Shown: positions 13,645 to 27,788, counted from the first letter of the stretch. The stretch: DNA of 64,000 bases from Octopus vulgaris (GCA_951406725.2 OX597830.1:15128001-15192000), one strand, 5' to 3'. Numbers and translations: made by a program. Notes: generated from the sequence alone by a model not told the origin.

Positions 13645-13970
13645 AACGACAAGCAGCTGCGTCGAGGCCAACATCCTGAAACATCGTCTGTGATGGTTAA
13701 GCCACGTAGCAAGAATGAAAGAAACCGGGCTGCCTCCTCAAATTTTATGTGATGATGAACTTTCCACAGGAAGATGTCGCCGTGGGCGTCACCTCCGTCG
13801 ATACAAAGACCATCTGAAGCAACACCTAAAACTGACTGGAATCGATCCCAAAACCTGGGACATTGAGGCTCATGATAGGACAGGCCCGGCTGGCACCATT
13901 TCATCTCCAGTGTGACAGATTATTTTGAAGCTGAACGGAACAGGAAAGAAGAAGAGGAACGACAAGCAAG
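13645..13970 (+). pseudogene. RTE-clade LINE C-terminal fragment
   Basis: VEANILKHRL*WLSHVARMKETGLPPQILCDDELSTGRCRRGRHLRRYKDHLKQHLKLTGIDPKTWDIEAHDR matches the RTE/BovB C-terminus. Confidence 0.8.
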
Positions 13971-13975
13971 AAAAT

Positions 13976-14274
13976 ATTCCTTCTCGAGCCACGACTGGCT
14001 CATAAGGGCCGGTTTCCCGGTTTCCTTGGCGTATAGGTTCCCCACCTGGACGGGACGCCGGTCCGTCGCAGGTGAATTGCAAGATGCAGGAGGAAAGAGT
14101 GAGAGAAAGTTGTGGCGAAAGAGTCAGCAGAGGTTCGCCATTACCTTCTGCCGGAGCCGCGTGGATCTTGGGTGTTTTCGCTCATAAACACACACATCAC
14201 CCGGTCTGAGATTCGAACCCGCGATCCCACGACCGCGAATCCGCTGCTCTAATCACTAGGCCATGTGCCTCCAC
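13976..14274 (-). mobile_element. tRNA-derived SINE, family D
   Basis: Head GGAGGCACATGGCCTAGTG and B box GGTTCGAATC. Matches 47400 and 61477. Confidence 0.9.
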
Positions 14275-14442
14275 TAGCCAGAAAATGTAGGCTGTAACAA
14301 CCAAAGTCTCCACCACGGATCCCTTGTGAACTTTGCAACAGACGCTTCCATGCAAGTCATCAGAGGCATAAACACGGACAGAGGGGAAGAAGCAGTCAAA
14401 AGCCAAACAAACTATCAGACACACGATAAAATGACAACGATA

Positions 14443-14478
<36 letters not shown>

Positions 14479-15093
14479 CTCATATATAGATATATATATA
14501 GATAGATAGATATATATACACACTCACACAAATGCATATGTATGTATGTTTATCCATGTGTATGCGTATATGTAGACATATGTGCTTATGTTTGTGGTTA
14601 TGTTTAGTGCAGTTGTGACTCCTCAATATTGTTCTATAATTAATCCCTCTAAAGGGAAGACAGCTCTAGACTTTGTTGCCTTCAACTGAACCCATTCACG
14701 ACAAAAGCTTAGCAGATAAATCCGGATTTGAAATCCCTAAGACAGTACTGAATTTTTTAAAGCATTTCGTTAATTCCTGTTAGTATTTACATTCTCTTCG
14801 AATTATCTAGCCTTGTCGTGTGGGAGAACTTGATGCTTTTGCAACAATGTGGTACTGATATATATACTATTCTACTTATGAAGCTTCAACGTGCTCACTA
14901 AATGAGCTAGAAATAGAACAAAACAAACTTCCTGAAATATCTATTTCCATGAAATGGCCTATTGCCATGAAAAGTGAAGGCGGAGGAGTGGCTGTGTGGT
15001 AAGTATAGCTTGCTTACGAACCACATGGTTCCGGGTTTATTCCCACTTAAACGTGGGTGTTGTGTCAGAACAAACTATACTGTGGTAGTTAGT

Positions 15094-15511
15094 AAGGCGG
15101 TGAGCTGGCAGAAACGGTAGCACGACGGGCGAAATGCTTAGCTGTATTTCGTCTGTCGTAATGTTCTGAGATCAAATTCCGCCGAGGTCGACTTTGCCTT
15201 TCATCTTTTCGGGGTTGATAAATAAAATACCAGTTTCGCACTGGGGTCGATGTAATCGACTTAATCCCTTTGTCTGTCCTTGTTTGTCCCCTCTATGTTT
15301 AGCCCCTTGTGGGTAGTAAAGAAATAGGTATTTCGTCTGTCGTAATGTTCTGAGATCAAATTCCGCCGAGGTCGACTTTGCCTTTCATCTTTTCGGGGTT
15401 GATAAATAAAATACCAGTTACGCACTGGGGTCGATGTAATCGACTTAATCCCTTTGTCTGTCCTTGTTTGTCCCCTCTATGTTTAGCCCCCTTGTGGGCA
15501 GTAAAGAAATA
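15094..15511 (+). mobile_element. SINE family B dimer
   Basis: Two 184-bp bodies. 16-bp TSD TATACTGTG(G/C)TAGTTA (15076-15091 / 15512-15527). Confidence 0.92.
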
Positions 15512-15777
15512 TATACTGTGCTAGTTACTATGAGAGAATCTTTCATATTGGTTTAGTGCATTTGCACCAAAAACCAATATGAGAGTTTCTCTCGTGGCAT
15601 CTTATGCAGTATAACTTATTCTAACAGAACACTCACGTTTAAGTGAGGATAAATGTTACATTTCGATACTAATACTACCTCAGTCACTAATAAATATTAT
15701 TTCATTCTGGTTACAGGAACACTGGCTCACGCACGCGCGCACACAAACATTCATTTTTGTTACCCATGCGTTGCTGT

Positions 15778-15817
15778 TACATACAAACATACATACATAC
15801 ATACATACATACATACA

Positions 15818-15851
<34 letters not shown>

Positions 15852-15985
15852 CTTATATACATGCATATATACATACATGCATGCATGCATGCATACATAC
15901 ATACATACATACATATATACTTATATACATGCATGCATATATACATACATGCATGCATGCATGCATACATACATACATACATACA

Positions 15986-16019
<34 letters not shown>

Positions 16020-16226
16020 CTTATATACATGCATGCATATATACATACATGCATGCATGCATGCATACATACACACACACATACATACATACATACATAC
16101 ATACATACATACATACACACATACATACATACACACATACATACATACATACATACATACATACATACATACATACATACATACATACATACATACATAC
16201 ATACATACATACATACATACATACAT
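15778..16226. repeat. (TACA)n microsatellite with a higher-order variant block repeated three times
   Basis: An ATATATACTTATATACATGCAT... block recurs near 15845, 15913 and 16013. Confidence 0.9.
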
Positions 16227-16237
16227 GCGTATACATA

Positions 16238-16704
16238 CAAGCCAGTTGTCCCGAAATTAAGGCAAAGTAGGTATAGATTCTTTATTTACTGACGTAGGTC
16301 GCTCAAATTGTTCATTCGAACGTCCTATGTTGTTTGAGTAATTCTTTTTCTGTTGTAACTCTTCTTCCACTTCTTCATCACAGGCAAACAATGGGATCCA
16401 AACAGAAACTATGTGGTATTAACCGAATTTAGCGCACTCCAGCCTCTCTGTGTTCAGGCCAATGAAGGACAATTTTTGAAAACTACGATATAAGACAAAC
16501 GTGGTTACAGAGGCCCTGAAGAAAGAGGTACAACAGTGCACATCTAAATATTTTAAGGAATCTTGAATTGGGTTCACCGATGGTGCAAATGAATTGCTTG
16601 GGGTGAAAGGATTCTTTGTACAGACAAAGGATTGCTCAACCAACAGGTGCAATTTGAATCATCTGTATGACTTCCCCTTACTTTGCTTTCAAGATCAACT
16701 TTGT
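16238..16704 (+). mobile_element. Internally deleted mariner-like transposon
   Basis: *PNLAHSSLSVFRPMKD resembles YSPDLAPSDFHLF.PMK, followed by an HRWCK motif. Degenerate TIRs TACAAG...GCAAAGTA at both ends. Confidence 0.6.
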
Positions 16705-16709
16705 ATGTA

Positions 16710-16791
<82 letters not shown>

Positions 16792-17244
16792 AGTAATGGG
16801 TCACTGATAAAGTTTGATTAAATTTGAAGTCAGTGCTTGGTATAACCCCATCTCATTTCTCGTAGGGAAGGAACCTGTTTCCCGAGTAAATTTACATTAA
16901 ATTACCTTTCGAGGTGACTAAGTATTCTGTAGACAAGTGCACCCTAACTGTCACATATCACAGAGTTTTACATTTGAATTGCAGCTACAGACCAATCAGT
17001 GGGATTCGGCACAGTTTCCATCGAAGCAAATTCACTCACAAGGTTTCGATTGATCTGAGGATGAGGTAAACACAATGCCACGCAATGTGATTGAAATTGA
17101 AACCTCCTGTATCCGAATCGAACTTCTCAGCCATATCTGCGTCCATGCACAGATAGATAAACAGACAGACGGACAGATGGATGGACGGACGGACGGACGG
17201 ACGGACGGACGGACGGACGGACGGACGGACGGACGGAGAGCCAA

Positions 17245-17665
17245 GTTAGAATTTTTTCTTTTCTACGTGTTGAGTAGCCCATCCTGCTCAAAAGGTCCCT
17301 GAATGAGGGTTGTTTAAGGATGACGGACGAAACACTGTTTCCAGTGGTGAATTATTGAAACCCCAAAGAATGTCGACACATGGCTATGGTGCACACCAAC
17401 ATGTCTTGCTCATGTTCGGAGGTGCACATATTGTCAGCCACTAAATGACATGCTCACCTGGATAAGGTCAAGTAACTGACGAGCAAACCTGTGGTATTGA
17501 ACAGAACATTCGCTGTAGCCCATCTTTCACACCAAGACAAAACATGGACATGATAACACTTACAATCAGTTAAGATCAGAAGCTATGAGAGCTACTGTCA
17601 GGTACAGCATCAGTGCAATCATCACCATCATCATCATCATTATTATTATTGAGTGAGAGAGCAGT
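17245..17665 (-). mobile_element. Diverged copy of the (TAA)n-associated element seen at 58.8 kb
   Basis: Reverse-complement homology to 58790-59170. The terminal motif TGAGTGAGAGAGCAG is embedded in (ATT)n at ~17650. Confidence 0.75.
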
Positions 17666-17667
17666 TA

Positions 17668-17730
<63 letters not shown>

Positions 17731-19899
17731 GTTAGAAATTGGACGTATTCAACATATTTCGTTCGATAAAAGTAATAACGTGATTCCCCTTTCTTTCTTC
17801 CGTGAATTAAAAGATATGTGTTCAGTTCGTTGTTTGATTGCATTTTGTTTTGAATAATGCATGAAGAAGTTGTAGCTGGGAAGAATATTTTTATCACTAT
17901 TTCTAAAGGTTGCCTGCTTTTTGTTGTGTTTAAATGGTTATTTAATTCATTATGAATTGTCCATGTCTTTCGATTGAAAAAATACCGACTGTAGCTATGT
18001 GAGTGCGCTTAGATGCAATCAAATTAAAAGAGCAGATAAGAACTAGATGGTAATCTATTAAAATTCCATACTTTTTGAATCCCGTAATTGATAAAAAGAA
18101 ATTTCGCGGGGAATCTAGTAATTAATTAAAACATTTATTTATCTTAGTTTAATCTGAAAACGGTAAATTTATTAAAGAAAATCGGGATAAAATAAAAGAT
18201 ATGAAATAATGATTAAATCCAAGAAGCGATGCTATATAACTGTAGTGTGCTTCATTGTATAACCACATGTGACTACTAATATAAACAATAATTCATACTA
18301 ATATAAAAACTTTTCCATTGATATCAATATTAGTATGAAATGGTGTAGGCACGAGTAACACAAAGTTTACACTTTGTCTTTAATATAGCAAATGATAACA
18401 TAGATCTTATATTAACCAATACTTTTCTACGCAGCCAATATTAAAATGGCTGTATCTACAGAGAAATGACAAACATCTGATAGTAAGTATTATAGGATTA
18501 TAGAGTTGATGTTATACAGTAAGATTCGGAGTTACTATGACAATGGTTGGCAAGAACTAGTTTCAAAATGTTGATATGAATACAGGGTTGAGGATCGGTA
18601 CGAATTAAGGGATTTGAAAGAACTGAGAAATGTCGGGAATCTCATGAAAGAGATTTCTTTAAAAATTTAAATTGAAACATGGCTTCTGTGCTCAGTGGTG
18701 TAGGATTCTTTTAGTGTAGAAGTTTTTATTAATCTCTCACATGTGTTGTACTCGCCTTGACATGGACAAGAGGATTTAATATTTCATTTCGGAATGAAAA
18801 ATCCCTAATTCTAATACTGACTGTCAAAGAATCTATAATGAGATAAACAGAAATAATTACTAAAAACCAATTAACATGGAAAATAAGGGGAAAAAAAACT
18901 TCATGAAATAACCCTTAACGTGTAAATAGGATTACATATTCATCAGTTAAATTCAGTGAAATGTTTGTACTTTGCTACAAGTTGCGTTCAACTGGTCATC
19001 GCCAAAAGTAAGAAAGAAGTGACATGTAATTATCTAAATCCTGCAAAATTAGTAATATGATGAGGGTTGATTGGATATAAATAAAAACTTGAAGATCATC
19101 ATGGAAATTATTTACAGTTTGCCAAATGTAATCCAGAACCCTCTTCATGAAAAGAAATTCTTCCAAATCTCGTCCCGCATTTGATAAATGAACTTCCAGC
19201 CTTTCACAGCCTGAAGAACCATCTACATTTTCAGTAAAATTTACCTCTGGCGATTTTCACTACGGAAGAACAAACGCGTAAAAATCTACTTAGAAAATTG
19301 CATACGAGATTTTTCTTCGGTGGAAAACCCAACCATAAGACAATTCCTTCTTTTAATAAATGTCTTAAACTACATATTCTATGTCTTTATTTTTTGCAGG
19401 AAACAAACTAGTGGAAATTTTTCTTTTTGCGAAATGGATGACTTGGAATAAAAGGACAATATTAGTCACATGTATTTAACAAAAATAATAATAATAAATA
19501 AATATATAGATTGTTTCCTTTAACAGAAATGATGACGTACTTTCTTACTGGCAAGAATTCAAATAAATAACAATTAGCTGCAACTACTGAATTTTAAAAA
19601 ATTAAATTCAAAATCAACATTGCAAATATAAAATTTTTTTAATAAATAATATAAAAATATACAAAAAAGGATTCTTAAAAGAATAGAAAAAAATCATCTC
19701 AAAAGCAGTGTTTCCTCCGAAGAAAAATCAAATTCAAAATTAGCTTTAATATAAAAATATTAAAGAAAATCTTTTCTCCCTCAGGAAATAATGCGCTGAA
19801 ATTCATCGCGGCCCTCATTATTTTCTTTTTTACAAAATAATAAAACTAACATTCCTCGACTTTTAAATAGAAATTTATTACAAATAGAAGTAATACCTT

Positions 19900-21680
19900 T
19901 GATGAGTGTGATGCGTTTGTTTATTTTTGCAAAACAAATAAAAGTTTAGCTTAATATTTGCTAATGCTGGTCTCAAGGCAATTTCAGTTTTCGTAACACT
20001 GGAGCGAATTTTAGTTCTTATTTCACTCAACACCAAAAATGCTGATTCAGACAAGTATATTGTGACAAAAGGTGGAAGGGTTTCAACTAGTAGTTTGGAC
20101 AATATTGGTACTTCAGGATAGCATTTAAGGTTTTTCCACAGAAAAGTTAATTACTAGGATATTCTGTATATTCTTCCCGAGCTTTAATGGCTGATGTTTC
20201 ATGCACACTATTTCAACGTTTCTAATTTATTATTGTCTGTTTTGCATTACCATGAAGACTTGAATTTCATATTTAAGTAGAAAAATATTAACGTTCTTTC
20301 CTTGTTGAGACACATTAAGTTCATTATTATATTTTTTTATCATCCCACAGTAGCGTAATGTCCATAACTAGTTCTTTGTAAAAAAAAGGAAAAAAAGTGT
20401 GCCCGCTCTAAATTTTGTCCCAAGAATATCATGACATGACTTCATTTTTCAGTTCTAACCATTTTAAAATTCGTCCAATTGAGAGCCATTACACTTTTGT
20501 TCTGAATAAAGTTTGCTGAAATTCGATTCCATTTTATTATAGATTTGCGTGGAGGTAGCTTCTGAGTGTACGATTTTTAATAAGTTAATAATCTAAATTA
20601 CACCTTCTAATGCTTTATTCAGCACTGAAAAAATTTCTTAAGCACTAACGCAACTCTGTGATTTATGCAGTGAATGACAATAACAGGATTTTTGCTGATG
20701 GATTTGACTTTAATTTGAAATCTAATTTTCCTTCTCGTCATAGCTGTCGCGCCATCAGTACATACTCCATTGCAGTTATTCCATTCAATGTCTACTTAGT
20801 TTTGAATAATAATTTCATCTGTTGCACGTCCATCTAACGATCAACAGCACAAGTCTGCATGGCGTTATACTCGTAACAATATAAAACATCCCAATAACTG
20901 TGCTGAGATAATAATGTCAGTTATTTCATCGGGCCGAATTTGAAATTTAGAGCTTTTTTTTTTTAACTATTCTTATAAGTTGCTCAGATTCGTCATCATT
21001 AATTTCTGAAATACGACTACTAACAGTATAATTTCGACAAAAGAACTTTCCTTAATTCATTTGCTGTTTGTTTTTCTATGAATAATTTCTGTCATTTCTG
21101 CTGCAACACAAATTCTTAACCGGTGTTGTATGGTTATTAGCACCTGTAATTAAATAAGCAGTTTCAGAAAATTCCTTTAGAATTTCACTCTGTCTATAAA
21201 GTGAACAGGATTCTCATGAGATTGCTTTTATTTACTGAAAGATTCCGATAACCTTTAAAAGAATCTACATCTATATTTCAATAGGAAAAATATCTTGAAT
21301 TAAAGTTTTTTTTTCGATTTTATAGGTTTTATACCTCGAGTTGTTAAACGATAGTTTGTTTCTTTACTACCCACAAGGGGCTAAACATAGAGGGGACAAA
21401 CAAGGACAGACAAACGAATTAATTCGATTACATCGACCCCAGTACGTAACTGGTACTTAATTTATCGACCCCGAAAGGATGAAAGGCAAAGTCGACCTCG
21501 GCGGAATTTGAACTCAGAACGTTACGACTGACGAAATACCACAAAGCATTTCGCCCGGCGTGCAAACGATTCTGCCAGCTCGCCACCTTTTTTGTTAAAC
21601 GATAGTTACGAATTAAGTGCACATGCAATTCTCCATTATTTTTAAAGGTAAAGTAAATATTCATATTGCAAATTATACTT
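19900..21680 (-). pseudogene. hAT (Buster/Charlie-type) transposase pseudogene
   Basis: Motifs RPDEITD, CTDGATAM and HCINHR, and the C-terminal LPPFVTIYLSESAFLVLSEIRTKIRS...KQTHHTH. Interrupted by a SINE. Confidence 0.75.
21357..21591 (-). mobile_element. SINE family B monomer
   Basis: Full head and tail. 16-bp TSD TTGTTAAACGATAGTT (21341-21356 / 21592-21607). Confidence 0.92.
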
Positions 21681-21816
21681 CCTACTTTTGGTCCGCAATT
21701 ACTTCATTCTCAGAAAGCTACCTACGAATTCACAGTACTCCTTGAAGTGTATGACACGTCAGTTATGCTATCGGCATTGTTTTATCCAGTTTTATACTGC
21801 TATAAATTCAATTACT

Positions 21817-22278
21817 CGATCTTTTCGGTTTGAACGACAGTTTTTTCAAGCGGTGTCATATGAAATTGTCACCCATAATTATGACCCTAGTATCGATCTA
21901 TTGCATTTCAATCTGTTTTAAGGTTAGGGCTAGGGTTAGTTAGGGTTAAGGTTAGGGTTAGTTAGGGTTAGGGTTAGGGGTGGGGAAAGGATATTTTTTT
22001 TTCTTCACAAATGTAAATAAACCCAATCTGTTTCTTAAACGAGGGACATATTCATACGGCACAGAATGTTTGTTTTACCTCAATGGACGTCATTGATTGG
22101 TTGAAATTCCAGAAATTGAAGAAAAAAAACAACAAATATCTTACAAACTATAGAATTTTCTCAACAAAGCCAAGCGAAAAAGATGTTTGATAAACACATT
22201 CTACCAGAATACGAAGTTTAAAATTTTTTAGTTAGCTAGAAATTATTTTAAAAACTGCCGTTCAAACCGAAAAGATCC
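21817..22278. mobile_element. MITE with ~28-bp TIR, 8-bp TSD and internal TTAGGG repeats (Merlin-like)
   Basis: TIR GGATCTTTTCGGTTTGAACGGCAGTTTT, TSD CAATTACT, TTAGGG run at 21921-21985. Confidence 0.9.
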
Positions 22279-23479
22279 CAATTACTTGTTGATAGGAAAA
22301 TATACAGTCTATCACGTAATTATTAAACGAAATTTTCTCTAACAACCTTTGAGCAAGCCGCAATGAAGATCTCACTCAACAAAAGTACTGATTGCGAATT
22401 ATCACTGTTAGAAACTATCAGTTTAATTTCGTAGGGTTAGTAAAATGATTATAATATTTACTCGATTTTTCGAAAGGAGCGCTTTTATTAACAATTTTAT
22501 TGCTACAAGTCGTATTTATAACAAGATATGTTGCAATTAGTTTGTATATGCAGCGATATGGTTTCATACAACTTTCATGAATAACTATCGTGCTTATTTA
22601 CTTTTTCTAGTTTCCTATTTTCACAGAGCATAATGCGTGAATAAAACTTCACCCCCCCCAGTTATTATAGCTAATAATCAGTAGATATTACGTTATCAAT
22701 TCATTATGATACAAAGCAATTCATTTATAATAATTCCATAAAATATTTTATACAAAATAATTTTTTGACACTAAAAATTTTCAATAGTAATTACTTATCA
22801 ATTTATGAATAATGTATTTTAATCTAATTTAAATCTTTTTTAATTTAATTTAATTTCAAAACAACCGGGTCTGTTCACTCCTATCGCGAAAAATTACGAT
22901 AACGAATGTATAATGCTAACGAGCCTTCCTATCTCGTTTCACTAAATTTTACACAGAAGAGCTTCATGTCGCGTCTTTATAATATTTTAGTTGACAGAAA
23001 TCCCTCTAAGCAGCTTCATGTGTTATACTTATCTACAATTTCATCTGAGTTCATGATGCAAGAACTTAAAATTGAATTGCAAATTAAAATATGTTGCACT
23101 AGGAATCCAGTGGAATGAAGGCTAGAATATTGTAGTAGTATAGTAAAAAATGGAAAATTGTACTTTCCATTATCAGAGATCGTCTGGATGGAGTGAGTCG
23201 CGGTGGCTGTTTCGCAATGACGTGGCATTAAAATTGAATTTGGAAACATTGTGTTAATATGACGAAATTTTAGTGCATGGTTATCATAAGATTTTTAAGT
23301 TGTAATAACCATGTTTTAAGTATACAAATGTAGTTTGCTTGTTTGTATGTTTTTGTTTTGTTTCGTTTTTTGGGGTAGGCGGGGAGGGTCCTTTTATCTT
23401 TTGTCGGAAAAATGCAGATGTCTGTAAATAAGCATCATAAAGCTAGAATCTAAAATATAAAGACATTTTTTTAACTGTG

Positions 23480-23572
23480 TTATCGCGACACCCCTGAATT
23501 CTTACTGGGACACCCTTGAACAATTACGCGAACATTAGGAGAGTTCTGATGAGCCAGTTTGGAAAAACCCTG
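23480..23572. mobile_element. hAT (Charlie-type) terminal fragment
   Basis: Ends CAGTTTGGAAAAACCCTG (reverse complement CAGGGTTTTTCCAAAC), with GACACCC subterminal repeats. Confidence 0.45.
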
Positions 23573-23991
23573 ATGTAAACCATGATTGAAATTTTGAAAA
23601 ATAGATATTTTCTAACATCAGAACAAAGTCTGGAAATTTGGCCGAGGGATTAGTGGAATTCAGTACCTGATTGATATTTTTTTTTGCCAACTTTGGAAAT
23701 ATGTTGGCCTCGGACAGTTTTGAATTCAGAACTGGGAATTTCCCCGAACTCCTTCCTTTGACTAAACCATTTAAAAAAATATGATTTAGTCTTGGAAAAC
23801 GTTTCTTCTTTATGGATCTTGCAACCTTATGAAATAGCATTTTACCAAATTTGTTGTTTTAAAAAAAAGGATATATAAATATCCGTTATATGTTAAACGT
23901 ATACACAATGTAAATTTAATATTAAATGAGATAGATGCTTAGAGCATTGTGTTACGTATAAAATATATACAAACTTACACTGTATAACCTT

Positions 23992-24036
<45 letters not shown>

Positions 24037-24068
24037 GTATATATATATATATGTATATGTATATGCAT

Positions 24069-24130
<62 letters not shown>

Positions 24131-24173
24131 CGGAATGGTCATATTGCCAGTTTATAAAATCTTGCACAACAAA

Positions 24174-24229
<56 letters not shown>

Positions 24230-24246
24230 CATAATATAGTATAACA

Positions 24247-24483
24247 CAGAATATAAGATTATGCTACATGTTAAATATATTCAGATTACTAGATTACAAG
24301 ATTGTGTTTATATATTAAATATATATACAGGCTGAAAGATATATACATATATACATATATACATATATACATATATACATATATACAGACGCAGAATATA
24401 AGATTATACTACATGTTAAATATATTCAGATTATTAGATTACAAGATTGTGTTTATATATTAAATATATACAGACTGAAAGAT
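24247..24483. repeat. Direct duplication of a ~95-bp AT-rich unit
   Basis: CAGAATATAAGATTAT...CTGAAAGAT at 24247 and 24392. Confidence 0.8.
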
Positions 24484-24699
24484 TGTGCCACATATTATAC
24501 AGAACATAAAATATGTACAGAATATAAGTTTAGATTACATATTAAAGAAATAATACAAAATTATGTCGCTTGTTGCAGACATATAGAATACGGAATGGTG
24601 ACAATGTCTTCAATGGCATCATAACTTCAACCACCAAGTGATCACCCAGCATCACATCACCTGCCATGCAAATTATGTTAAAGAACATTTTCCCAGTTC

Positions 24700-25150
24700 T
24701 GTATCTATTCTTCTCAAGCTGTTTTTATTCCATTTTACGAGTATTGATCTTACCTAACATCATGATCGGTGTATAAAGCTCAAATTTATGGTCATAACTT
24801 TCCGAGTTATCAATTACTTCGTTTTAGGATTTCTCCACTATACCTTAACACAGATATGACAAGAGTCTTATTTATCTATTTAACTCAAATTACCTTTGTT
24901 TACGTTCTTCAAACACAGAACTGTTGTGACTTACGTCATACTTCTGCTAAAGGTTATCTGCCACATAGAACGATATCCTTTGTTTAGTTATTCTCTTGTG
25001 AAAAGAGACGAGGTGTTTAACCTTTACCGTTCATCAATGCCAGGGATCCCCTTGTAGTGTATTTTACTGCAGCCTATCTTTATCCCTTCTCCTGGTTATT
25101 ACAAGTTATGACTGGTCAGTATTGTTTACAATTTCTTGCCATACTTTATG
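24700..25150 (-). pseudogene. Highly decayed Dong/R4-like RT remnant
   Basis: INKTLVISVLRYSGEIL and ALYTDHDV resemble AIN..AVSVLRYS.GI and ALHP.SDV. Many stops. Confidence 0.4.
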
Positions 25151-25767
25151 CAGCCATTTAGAATTTCTGTGATATTTGAGTAGCACCGAGTCTTGTGCTA
25201 GTAATGTTTGCCTTCTACCCAATTACGTACCACAGTTCTATTGTTACAATTTCCGCTCATCTTTTGGTAAAACTGGTTTTGTTTTCTCTAGCGAATTCTA
25301 TTCTGACTACTTTGCTTAATTCTTATTATTGCTAGTCTTTTGTTATTGTTGTTGATATAAGGGCCGGTGAATGAAAGAATTCTTTCTATATTGTATCCTT
25401 AATAGTATTGGTCCATCATTATTGTTATCTTGATGTAGGGATGATGCTAGTGGTGTCGAAGGTAGTGGTGATGGTGACGGCGATGGTTATGGGGTGAGGA
25501 TAAAGATGATAAGGGCAGTGATGGTAGAGAGATAAGTAGAGGTAGTAGATGAGATGCTGTTCAGCATCGTAATGGTATCGTTGTCATGGTTGTCAATATA
25601 ACAAATTTCTGCGTTGGTAAAACGAAACGATCCATGTGTCAATATTTATAGAAACCCTTTCAACTTTCAACTATTTGGTGAGGAATGTCTGCACAGTAGA
25701 TAGTAACAGGTTCCTAGAAATCCACTGGCTTGGTTTCAAAACCAATATTTCACAGAGCCTTATACCT

Positions 25768-25992
25768 ATTTCGTTACTATCCACAAGGGGCTAAACACAG
25801 ACAGGTCAAACAAGGACAGACAAACGGATTAAGTTGATTATATCGACCCCAGTGCGTAACTGGTACTTAATTTATCGACCCCGAAAGGATGAAAGGCAAA
25901 GTCGACCTCGGCGGAATTTGAACTCAGAACGTAACGGCAGACGAAATAAGCATTTCGCCCGGCGTGCTAACGATTCTGCCAGCTCGCCGCCT
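25768..25992 (-). mobile_element. SINE family B monomer
   Basis: Homologous to 21357-21591. Confidence 0.9.
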
Positions 25993-26460
25993 TACTGTCT
26001 TATACCGCTGCTTTGTCGTCTGCTCCTCAGAACACGTATAATATGAGCAAAGATGTCTGCACATTTGTTCCAGTGTTTTCTCACTACATTGCACTTGTCG
26101 CACGTAAACTGGATGTTTTTTCTTTTAATCGACGCGGCTTCCATTTTCGATCAAAACTGTGACAAATGTAAACCACGTTGCGCTGTCTCGTAGAATTACG
26201 AAACAAATCCTGAGATCGATTTTTCAAAAAGTAAACCTACCCAGTACAAAATACGTCTCCACATGCACTTGTTTGATGTGTGCTTTCACCGACTTGTCTA
26301 ACTCACATATTTATCATGGAGATTAATGTATGAACTTTAAATAGCCTAAATTTAGTAAAGTACTGGTTGTGTATTTTGTGGTATTATGCCTGAAACTGGG
26401 TCGGCCGGAATGTCTTGCTTTTATTACAGACATGCCTTAAATCATATGTATGTATGTATA

Positions 26461-26532
<72 letters not shown>

Positions 26533-26556
26533 TAGATAGATAAATACATAGAGAGA

Positions 26557-26587
<31 letters not shown>

Positions 26588-26810
26588 GCTTAGACACACA
26601 CATTCACACACGCACAAACACGCACACACACATAATATTTTAAAAGGTTAGTTAAAGAAATCTACCCCAGCACTTTTTGTAAGGCCTGATACTTATTCTA
26701 TCGGTCTCTTTTGCCTAACTGCTTAAGTACAAGCGCGTAAACAAACCAATAAATACCGGGTACCAAGCGGTCGCGGGGGACAACCAGAAACAGCAAATAC
26801 GCATGCACAC

Positions 26811-26881
<71 letters not shown>

Positions 26882-26903
26882 TGTATATATATATATATAT
26901 GTT

Positions 26904-26941
<38 letters not shown>

Positions 26942-27173
26942 AATATATATATATATTATATATATATAATTGAGTAGTTGAATGAATTATCTTATTATGG
27001 ATAATTCGGTTAACCGATACCTGGGTAGCAAATTCACGTCAGAAAAAGACGGTTGAAGTTACATGCCTAGGGCAGAGATCACGTGCTATCGTGTGGAAAT
27101 TGTGTGTTTTTTTTAATACAAATAAATGAAAGAATGGTGTTGAACGACGAATTAACAAAATTCCTTTATTTTA

Positions 27174-27256
27174 TTTTCGACATATGTTTCGAAGGCTGCA
27201 TATTCCTAATTTCGATGGAATAAGGGGTGCATTATGCCGCCTTCTCATCAGGAAAA
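27174..27256 (-). ncRNA. Type I hammerhead ribozyme, intact canonical core
   Basis: UUUUC-CUGAUGA-GAAGGCGGCAUA...UAUGCAGCCUUC-GAAAC-AUAU-GUC-GAAAA. Stem I is 5 bp, stem II ~11 bp, and stem III is palindromic. Confidence 0.85.
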
Positions 27257-27360
27257 GTAAGGAACTTATGTCAGCATCAAGATGCACAAAAATTTTTAGA
27301 TGCCTGCCCACACGGAGCCATAGCGATAATGTGCATCTTGATGCTGACATAGTTCCTTAC

Positions 27361-27443
27361 TTTTCCTGATGAGAAGGCGGCATGATGCACCCCTTATTCC
27401 TTCGAAATTAGGAATATGCAGCCTTCGAAACATATGCCGAAAA
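27361..27443 (+). ncRNA. Type I hammerhead ribozyme, cleavage triplet mutated to GCC
   Basis: Same fold as the minus-arm copy, but reads GAAACATATGCC (U16.1 changed to C). Confidence 0.7.
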
Positions 27444-27491
27444 TAAAATAAAGGAATTTTGTTAATTCATCGTTCAACTCCATTCTAATTC

Positions 27492-27579
<88 letters not shown>

Positions 27580-27788
27580 TATATTATATTATATTATATT
27601 ATATTATATTATATTATATTATATTATATAAATATATTATATAAATATAGTGAAGTTGATAAAAACGGGCTTGAGATATATAATTCTACGGATCACATAA
27701 TACAGATTCTAAAATAAAATAAAATATGTAAAGGCATTTGCAACTCTTCTCTTGAAAAGTAATCGGACTCGCGGGTCACGGTCACACG

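Larger units (their letters stand above)
27126..27485. mobile_element. Inverted pair of Penelope-type pLTRs (360-bp palindrome) beside (TA)n
   Basis: ~155-bp arms (27132-27288 vs 27330-27485) are near-perfect reverse complements. Both match 6260-6446. Confidence 0.85.

Noticed and set aside
13976-14274. SINE heads as functional tRNA genes
   Set aside because: The cloverleaf is incomplete and continues into a repeated body with a tail.
19380-19470. Possible host exon after TTTTTTGCAG
   Set aside because: No convincing donor site or recognisable peptide.
21921-21985. True telomere or chromosome fusion site
   Set aside because: The repeats lie inside a TIR/TSD-bounded MITE present four times.
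23545-23572. CTGATGAGCCAGTTTGGAAAAA as a hammerhead
   Set aside because: No proper stem II closure, stem I or NUH. It is better explained as a hAT terminus.
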